Positions 1-20,500 of a stretch of 23,253 nucleotides of DNA are shown here, one piece after another. Position numbers and translations under genes: made by a program. Every line of letters starts with the position of its first letter. Position 1 is the first letter of the stretch. The notes below the pieces were generated by a model. The model did no database searches. It had not been told where the DNA came from and was given only the letters and a program-made list of their open reading frames with translations. Origin of the DNA: Macrostomum lignano (taxonomy: Eukaryota); the NCBI GenBank assembly GCA_002269645.1, contig NIVC01003712.1, positions 1-23,253 of the forward strand, given 5' to 3'.

Positions 1-145
1 AAAAGTAGAGCACTAACTATCTTGCTCGTCGACTGCTTTCGCAAAGTACTTGCGAAACACTCGAAGTACTTGAGAGTTATTACTGCACTACTCGTGTCGG
101 GTTTCTGCGCTGAAATGAGAGCCAAACTTACGTGACATCTTGCTT

Positions 146-1413
146 CTGACACTTATCTACTGACAAGTGAATCCTGACACTGAATCCTGACACTGTTTCC
201 TGACACTGTTTCCTGACACTGAATCTTGAGACCTTATCTACTGACACTGAATCCTGACACCTTATCTACTGACACTGAATCTTGATACCTTTTTTTATTA
301 GAGGCAGGGGGTTGTGTGCACCTGGGCACTTTAAGCGACAGGCACACAACCGGCGAGAGGCATTGCTGCCCATTTCGCCGACTCCCCTGAGCAGGTATAC
401 AGCGCGCGATACGTACGCAGGCACACACTCACACAGGAGTGTACAGCGGCCTAACTTTATTTTATCGTTAGGCATGTACACTTCACTGCGCCTTGGGGGG
501 GTTGGCTCTCAAGGCCGTTAATTGCACGAGCAGAGCCAAGCCGAGATTCCAATTCAGCCCCAAATTAATGTGACTGCACTTGGAATTGGGTCGCTGGCAC
601 ACCAGAGCAGCTGCGCTACGCTGGGCTACGGCCCCCTATCACTGAATGCTGACACCTTATCTACTGACACTGAATCTTGAGACCTTATCTACTGACACTG
701 AATCCTGACACCTTATCTGCTGACACTGAATCTTGACACTTTATCTGCTGACACTGAATCTTGACACCTTATCTACTGACACTGAATCTTGATACCTTAT
801 CTCTGCTGACACTGAATCTTGACACTTTATCTACTGACACTGAATCCTGACACCTTATCTGCTGACACTGAATCTTGACACTTTATCTACTGACACTGAA
901 TCTTGACACCTTACCTACTGACACTGAATTCTGACTCTTTTATCTACTAATATTGAATCTGACACTTATCTACTGACACTGAATCTTGACACCTTATCTA
1001 CTGACACTGGATCTTGACACTTTATCTACTGACACTAAATCTTGACACTTTATCTGCTGACACTAAATCTTGACACTTTATCTGCTGACACTGAATCTTG
1101 ACACTTTATCTACTGACACTGAATCTTGACACTTTATCTGCTTACACTAAATCTTGACACTTTATCTACTGACACTGAATCTTGACACTTTTATCTACTA
1201 ACACTTTCACCTACTGACACTTTCACCAACTAACACTTTCACCTACTAACACTTTCATATACTAACACTTTCACCTACTGACACTTTCATTTAACTGACA
1301 CTATCACCTACTGACACTTTCACTTGCTGACATTTTCACCTACTAACACTTTTATCTACTAACACTTTCACCTACTGACACTTTCACCTACTAACACTTT
1401 CACCTACTGACAC
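146..1413. repeat. Minisatellite with a 28-bp unit (CTGACACTGAATCTTGACACCTTATCTA) grading into a 16-bp unit (CTGACACTTTCACCTA) after about 1200; interrupted at 290-636
   Basis: Tandem units read directly from the sequence. Confidence 0.95.
290..636 (-). mobile_element. SINE-like retroelement (copy A) inserted in the minisatellite
   Basis: On the minus strand it starts GGGGGCCG-TAGCCCAGCGT (Pol III box A-like, 628-618) and ends TAATAAAAAAA (300-290). Its body matches segments near 9.1-9.3 kb and 14.34-14.43 kb. Box B is poor and there is no clear TSD. Confidence 0.55.
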
Positions 1414-1528
1414 ATAAGTTTTAATGCTTAGCTTATTCTGACGCATTCTTCCACTATGAATGCCATTTCTCTGCACTCCAATCCAAACCTGTAACTCGCG
1501 CTTCTCCGTCCTGCAGTCCTTCGCTGCC

Positions 1529-2613
1529 ATGCCGACACCGCCTGCCGCCGTCAGCCAGACCTGCAGCCCGCCGACGCGTACACCGAGTCGCCGTTCCTCC
1601 GCCGTCTGCCGCCAGTCGCCTCGCCGGCGCCAGACTCGCTCGGCATCGCCCGCTACGCCGCAGTACGGCCTGCTGGTCTGCGCCAGCATCGTCGGGATCG
1701 TCGGCAACGTCGGCATCCCGCTGGTGATCCTGTCAGTGAAGCGATTGAGAAAAGCCGCCAATTCGTTCATGTTTCACCACTGCCTGCTGGACCTGATGAA
1801 GGCACTTTACAGCCTCCTGTTCGCCAACAGCCTTCTGTATGAACAGGAGCCCGGTTCTGCAGCCTCCTTGGCGCTCCTTCATCGTCTGCGTCACCGGCAC
1901 GGCCTTCAACCTGCTGCCATGGTCATGAGCGAGGCCTACGTCTACGCCGATTTGAACGCTCCGGCGTGAAGGACAGCGGCAGCTGCTGCTGCATCCTGTT
2001 CAGCATCAGCACCATCTGGTTCGCCAGCATCATCCTCAACCTGGGCGTTGCCTTCCTGCCCGGCAATCCCAGCTACGTTGAGAAGATCGGCATTGCACTT
2101 TCGCTACGGCGAGACTCGGAACTACGTCCTGCACGCGCTGTGGATCACCCTGGTCACCCTGGCAGTGGGCCTGGCCGTGCTGTACCTGCGCAAGCTCTAC
2201 CAGGACATCGCGGCCGGTCAACTGGCAGACAGTCAGCTGTCGCGCACCGTCAGGCAGTCGCTGAGCGCCAGGTGGACCCGCGAGCCGGCCGGCTGTCCGG
2301 ACCCCGCGGCGCGACGAGCCCTGCTCGCCGGATTCAGCGCCACGCCATGACCAAGCTGTACATGCTGCTGCTGCTCACGGTGCTGTTCGTGCTGTTCTGG
2401 TACCCCCTGTTCGCCCTGACCCTGGCCGACCCCAGCTACTCAGGGCAGCCTGCCTACCGAGTCCTCACCATGTTCGCCTGCTGCAACTCAGCCGTCAACC
2501 CGTTCGTGCTGGCCTGCCTAGTCGGCGGCCGCGGCTGCTGCCGCTCCGAGACGCCGCCGCGGCTGCGACTTCGCCGAATAGACTCCGGCGAGTCCGAGGA
2601 GGCGCCACTCTGA
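1529..2613 (+). CDS. Orphan class A (rhodopsin-like) GPCR, 7TM core, broken by at least 7 single-base frameshifts in this sequence
   Basis: TM1 IVGIVGN, TM2 FMFHHCLLDL, TM3 reconstructed as CSLLG.SFIVCVTGTAFNLLAMVMSEAY, TM4 ISTIWFASIILNLGVAFLPG, TM5 YVLHALWITLVTLAVGLAVLY, TM6 LFVLFWYPLFAL, TM7 NSAVNPFVL. These are spread over ORFs 1460, 1966 and 2048. ATG 1529 follows an acceptor-like CTGCAG at 1516. Confidence 0.85.
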
Positions 2614-3000
2614 GTCGCTCCGGTGGCCGACATCTGAGGCAGCTACTGCCATCATCCAGCGACAGCTTTCAGGCCGCCTCGGAGCCGCCTCAGCTGCTGC
2701 CGTCGCTGCCTTCGCTGGCTGGGGGCGGCGGCGGCGTCTACAGCAACAGCGAGTTCTTCAGCAGCGGCCTGCACGAGGGGCCTTCAGCCGCCGCCTCCTC
2801 GTCCGGTGCCGCCTCCTCCGCCGCCGCCCGCCGCCTACATGCGCCGCATGGAGTCGCTGGACCGCTGCGCCGAGGTGCCGACGCCGCCTCCGCCTCCGCC
2901 TCCGCCACCTCCGATGCCGCAATCTGGCTCGACTTCTCGCTACAGCGCTGCAACGTGGGGCGTTCAAGTGATGCAGTCCAGTCTCCAGTCCACTCTATAA
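2614..3000 (+). CDS. Probable frameshifted C-terminal tail of the GPCR with polyproline runs
   Basis: GC-rich, coding-like sequence continues to TAA at 2998-3000 (ORF 2806: PPPPPPPAAYMRRMESLD...PPPPPPPPPP), then turns abruptly AT-rich. The link to the 7TM core is inferred. Confidence 0.45.
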
Positions 3001-3266
3001 AACATTTTTTCTCTCAATGCCATTGCTATGTACGCTGGACCTTTGAAGTGCATCGTGTGACATCTCTTGCTATTCTCTGGTTACTCATTAATGTTATTAT
3101 ATTTTTAGTTTGAGCTCACTTACCATTTAAGACTCCGAACTTTTTTACGATTTAATTAACAAAAAATGTGATGCTAAATAATATATCTGTGCATCAGTGC
3201 ACTGGCAATAGCAAGTCCGATGGTGAGGGAACCACCTTGAAAGTGTCTTTTAGAGTGCTTGTTTAA

Positions 3267-3272
3267 AATAAA
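3267..3272 (+). terminator. Candidate polyadenylation signal AATAAA for the GPCR
   Basis: AATAAA about 270 bp downstream of the stop at 3000. Confidence 0.35.
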
Positions 3273-3286
3273 GTTATTACATGTAC

Positions 3287-3647
3287 GACAGGAGAGTCAC
3301 CTGTTAGACAGGAGTGCCACCTGTTAGACAGGAGTGCCACCTGTTAGACAGGAGTGGCACCTGTTAGACAGGAGTGTCACCTGTTAGACAGGAGAGTCAC
3401 CTGTTAGACAGGAGAGTCACCTGTTAGACAGGAGAATCACCTGTTAGACAGGAGAATCACCTGTTAGACAGGAGAATCACCTGTTAGTCAGGAGTGTCAC
3501 CTGTTAGACAGGAGAATCACCTGTTAGACAGGAGAGTCACCTGTTAGACAGGAGAGTCACCTGTTAGACAGGAGTGTCACCTGTTAGTCAGGAGTGTCAC
3601 CTGTTAGACAGGAGAGTCACCTGTTAGATAGGAGTGTCACCTGTTAG
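3287..3647. repeat. 20-bp minisatellite GACAGGAGAGTCACCTGTTA, about 18 copies, internally palindromic
   Basis: Head-to-tail units with no spacers; ACAGG/CCTGT inverted within each unit. Confidence 0.97.
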
Positions 3648-4297
3648 ATTAACTACCGAACCACATGTGACATGATGTTAGTAAATAATGCTCAGCGAGA
3701 TGCAGCTCTGTGAAAGTGTGAGCGTTGAAGAAAAGAAAAACAACCGCACGCTTAAATATATTTTTGAGTAGAATTTTCTTTAAAATTGTGAAAACTAGAT
3801 AGATATGGATAGATGGGTGATTTTTGCAAATATACAGAGAAAATTTACGAACTTTCATTAAAAATTACAATTATTTTAAGATCTGAAAATACCTACGGTG
3901 AATTAATCAGGTTAATTAATAGATGAATACTAACTATTTATCCTATAATCGGCCAAAACGCGCGGTTCTTTATCTGAATAATAACCAGTTAGTTTATCGC
4001 GACTTCATATGAAGGCGAGCGTCGAATATTTAATTTACTTCGATTTTTTGTTAGAATAAATGAATTTCTAGGAAAAAAGGTTATCGAACATTTCAATAAA
4101 AGTTAACGAAAATTTCGCCTTTCGATGAAGAAAGAAAGCAAGTACGAGCTACCGTGTTTAAAAATAAATAAGAGTCGGCCTTCAAAAATTAATTGGCTGA
4201 CAGTTTTACACTCGTAGATATCTGAAAATTCTTTGTCAACAATCTTTTTAAAACTCTTCCAACCCTTTTTGATGTGTCATTGAAATGTTTTTATCTG

Positions 4298-15870
<11,573 letters not shown>

Positions 15871-16593
15871 CGGAGCAGCTGTCGCAGATAGAAAAAATAT
15901 TGTACTAGTACACGACAACTTTTGTAAGTTGGCTAAGCAATTGGCATAATAAAAAATCAGAACTTGTTTATATAGAAACCCTGAAAGAGAGCCCTTTCTA
16001 TTCAACTGGTTGTTTTTCCTTCTAAAAGCATCACGGAAGCTGCTCAGAAACCGTAATTCTGTGTGTTTAATTAATCCACATTTCGTAGTCCGAGCCAAGC
16101 CCCTCCTGCCTACCCTCCCATTGTCCTTTCACGCTGTGCGCAGCCCATTGTACAGTGCAGACAGTACACACAATTCAGAAAGTGCTTTTAGTAGAAGAAA
16201 ATAGGTAACAAAAGCGTTTATTTGCCCTTCACTACTGTCAGTAGTGTAACTGAGAATTACGAGTATAGTAGTGCTTTCTGTGTTAAAATAGTGTATAGTT
16301 AAGTACAAAAAATAGTGTATAAATTGCTAAAATAGATCTTCTTTCCTGTCATTTAATGACATGGCTAAAGAAAAATCCAATTATTGGTGAAATTAGCTTT
16401 TTAACAAAAGCCTTTTGTTGTGTTTAAAAGCGCAGGCCTTTGTCTAAAAATGTTGCTTAAGTGAATGAATTATTCACTAATCTGCCCGCCAATGTCGATG
16501 AAAACACATGGATGAAGAGGCCATTAGCGAAACAGCCGGCCGCTAGCGTGTGGGCTTTAAACCCACTTGCCAGATGCTGGAGAGTGAGTCCCT

Positions 16594-17250
16594 CCTCACT
16601 CGCTCACTCACTCACTTGCTCACTCACTCACTTACTCACTCACTCACTTACTCACTCACTCACTCACTCACTCGCTCACTCACTCACTCACTCACTCACT
16701 CACTCACTCACTCACTCACTCACTCACTCACTCACTCACTCACTCACTCACTTACTCACTCACTCACTCACTCACTCACTCACTCACTCACTCACTCACT
16801 CACTCACTTACTCACTCACTCACTCACTCACTCACTCACTCACTCACTCACTCACTTACTCACTCACTCACTCACTCACTCACTCACTCACTCACTCACT
16901 TACTCACTCACTCACTTACTCACTCACTCACTCACTCACTCACTCACTCACTCACTCACTCACTCACTCACTCACTCACTCACTCACTCACTCACTCACT
17001 CACTCACTCACTCACTCACTCACTCACTCACTCACTCACTCACTCACTCACTCACTCACTCACTCACTCACCACTCACTCACTCACTCACTCACTCACTC
17101 ACTCACTCACTCACTCACTCACTCACTCACTCACTCACTCACTCACTCACTCACTCACTCACTCACTCACTCACTCACTCACTCACTCACTCACTCACTC
17201 ACTCACTCACTCACTCACTCACTCACTCACTTACTCACTCACCCACTTAC
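16594..17250. repeat. (ACTC)n microsatellite between the divergent genes
   Basis: Read directly. Confidence 0.98.
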
Positions 17251-17541
17251 TCTATAAACACTGCAGCCGTCTCCCAACCGATTTGTTTTCAGAAAAATTA
17301 CTATCAATTCTTCTTCCAGCTTCTCTTGCCATCCAGGCATCTTCCCGTGTCACGCAGCCAGCTACCCCAAAATTGTTTCCATGACAACAGGACGCCAATA
17401 GTTGTGAGGTTGGATCTTCTAACACATCTATTGGAGAGAAGTTTTGTCGGCCTAGAAAACCATAAAAGCTCCGGCTGGCTTCCACCGTTGTCTCTGCTAT
17501 CTGTGGTGTTTTTGTGTCAAAACATATTCGATATTTTTGCC

Positions 17542-17599
17542 ATGTCTGAAAAATCGTTGAAAATCTCATTGCGGGTTCTGACGGCTTTTGCTCTGATGG
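17542..17599 (+). CDS. PAN-GRD gene exon 1 (signal peptide)
   Basis: MSEKSLKISLRVLTAFALM G|gtgagt; the join gives ...ALMALKVNG-QDV, a plausible signal peptidase cleavage site. Confidence 0.7.
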
Positions 17600-20500
17600 G
17601 TGAGTGCCACATATCGCACTAAAAAGAATATTTCTTTATAGTTTGTTCGAATTGGACAATGGGAGCTGACACACAGGGAGGTTGCGGGATCTGAGGCTGC
17701 TGACACACAGGGAGGTTGCGGGATCTGAGGCTGCTGACACACAGGGAGGTTGCGGGATCTGAGGCTGCTGACACACAGGGAGGTTGCGGGATCTGAGGCT
17801 GCTGACACACAGGGAGGTTGCGGGATCTGAGGCTGCTGACACACAGGGAGGTTGCGGGATCTGAGGCTGCTGACACACAGGGAGGTTGCGGGATCTGAGG
17901 CTGCTGACACACAGGGAGGTTGCGGGATCTGAGGCTGCTGACACACAGAGAGGTTGCGGGATCTGAGGCTGCTGACACACAGAGAGGTTGCGGGATCTGA
18001 GGCTGCTGACACACAGAGAGGTTGCGGGATCTGAGGCTGCTGACACTGAAAGAGAATGGGATCGCTGAACATTGATAAATTTTAAATTAAAATTCTCTGT
18101 CGTAATAACAGATTTGCTTCATGCGTTCAATACACCTAATGAAAAACTATCGCTTTGTAAAAACAATCAGCCCTTAAGGTCAACGGACAAGACGTGCGAA
18201 TGGATGAGGTCCTGGGTTCGGTTTCGGTTGACAGCAGCGTCTGCAGCCAATTGAAGAACATCAGCGTCAGATCAGTGATCGAGTGCGCGCTGGAGTGCCG
18301 AGGCGCCGACTGCGTCGCTGTCGCTTGGTTCAACGCCGAGTCGCCGCCTCGGTGCCAGCTGCTGACGGTCAGCAGCGATGGCGGCAGCGGCGACTGCATG
18401 ACGCCGCGGCTGCTGCAGGCCTCGCCGCCGGGCGTGCAGGTGCTTAATAAGCCAGGGATGAGCAGCCTGGTACAGGCCGCCACAGCCCGACAGACGTTCG
18501 ACGGTGAGAGCTGACACAGGGATTGTGCGGGATCGGAGTGAGCTGACACGGGGATTGTGCGGGATCGGAGTGAGCTGACACGGGGATTGTGCGGGATCGG
18601 AGTGAGCTGACACAGGGATTGTGCGGGATCGGAGTGAGCTGACACAGGGATTGTGCGGGATCGGGGTGAGCTGACACAGGGATTGTGCGGGATCGGGGTG
18701 AGCTGACACAGGGATTGTGCGGGATCGGGGTGAGCTGACACAGGGACGGTGCGGGATCGGAGTGAGCTGACACAGGGATTGTGCGGGATCGGAGTGAGCT
18801 GACACAGGGATGGTGCGGGATCGGGGTGAGCTCACACAGGGATTGTGTGGGATCGGAGTGAGCTGACACAGGGATTGTGTGGGATCGGAGTGAGCTGACA
18901 CAGGGATTGTGCGGGATCGGATTGAGCTGACACAGGGATGTTGCGGGATCGGAGTGAGCTGACACAGGGATGTTGCGGGATCGGAGTGAGCTGACACAGG
19001 GATGTTGCGGGATCGGAGTGAGCTGACACAGGGATGGTGCGGGATCGGAGTGAGCTGACACAGGGATGTTGCGGGATCGGAGTGAGCTGACACAGGGATG
19101 TTGCGGGATCGGAGTGAGCTGACACAGGGAATGTGCGGGATCGGAGTGAGCTGACACAGGGATTGCGCGGGATCTGGTTGACACAGAGGTAGGTTTTGCC
19201 GTAAGCAGACTTTCCGGAACTTCTCGCCTAGCTAATGAAACAGTAAACAGAATATGTTAACAAGAAAATGACCACAGGACTACAAAAGAAATGTTTGAAT
19301 TTTTTTACCGAGACAGTCACTGCTGTGGGGCATTCGACTAAGAAATTTTCTTTGCATAAATCCATTTCATTAGTCTGTCTATACTTCAAGTACTTTAGTA
19401 ACTATGCGAAATTTGTGGCAGACAAAATATCAAAGAAGTTCATCATCCAATACTAGACGGATTACACTAATAATTAATTGAAGCACCTGTAGGGTTCGTC
19501 TAAAGAGTGGCTGTCTGTGCTGCTTGAAGTTCGCTCTAGGGTACGCAAGGCTTTTAGAAATTCTGGCCTCAGAAACGTTTTTACAGCAATACATACCTAT
19601 ACAATATAGACTTATATGTATGCACCATCTATTTGTATAGGCACAGACTCGCAACAAGTGTGTACATCTACCCAGAATTCCTGACTCTCAACAAATTCCA
19701 AGATTTAAACGTCCATGTATTGTATTCCAGTCCAGATATCTAGCTTTTCGCGTCCCTGTCTTGTATTCCAAATATAGAAATCTGGCTCTAGGCGTCCCTA
19801 ACTTGTATTCCACACCAGATATTCAAGCTTTAGGCGTCCTTGTCTTGTATTCTAGTCCAGATATTTAAGCTTTAGGCGTCCTTGTCTTGTATTCTAGTCC
19901 ATATATTCAAGATTTAGGCGTCCTTGTCTTGTATTCTAGTCCAGATGTTCAAGCTTTAGGCGTCCTTGTCTTGTATTCTAGTCCAGATATTTAAGCTTTA
20001 GGCGTCCTTGTCTTGTATTCTAGTCCATATATTCAAGATTTAGGCGTCCTTGTCTTGTATTCTAGTCCAGATGTTCAAGCTTTAGGCGTCCTTGTCTTGT
20101 ATTCTAGTCCAGATATTTAAGCTTTAGGCGTCCTTGTCTTGTATTCTAGTCCAGATATTTAAGCTTTAGGCGTCCTTGTCCTGTATTCTAGTCCAGATAT
20201 TTAAGCTTTAGGCGTCCTTGTCTTGTATTCTAATCCAGATGTTCAAGCCTTAGGCGTCCTTGTCTTGTAATCCAGTCCATATATTCAAGCTTTAGGCGCC
20301 CCTGACGTGAATTCCAGTCCAGATAAACGCATGCAGCTCTAGGCGTAAAAATCGCACAAAGACGCCTGTTACAATCGCCAACCGTCCAAACCACCGCAGC
20401 CACGGGCACAGGCGCCACCGGTGCCATCCAGTCGGCCCAGATCAACGTGACCGGCTGCTACCGCATTGAGGCCCGAGGCGCCCGCGGCGGCTCCACTTGG

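Noticed and set aside
570-636. tRNA gene
   Set aside because: Only a box A-like head is present; there is no convincing T-arm, box B or cloverleaf. Treated as a SINE head.
3287-3647. CRISPR-like palindromic repeats
   Set aside because: The units are head-to-tail with no unique spacers, there are no cas genes, and the context is eukaryotic.
3713-3732. Fourth fragment of the SINE-like repeat (GTGTGAGCGTTGAAGAA)
   Set aside because: The match is only about 12 bp plus a short flank and could be chance.
4029-4034. ATTAAA poly(A) signal for the CUB gene
   Set aside because: It is a weak variant in AT-rich DNA and cannot be distinguished from chance without 3' end data.
16461-17384. HSLT-repeat ORFs (also 6426-7397 upstream part) and other repeat ORFs (ARHLT, SVCL, YLSI, MQSIPVA, ESHGEESSW)
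   Set aside because: They are stop-free frames of micro- and minisatellites with no coding signal.
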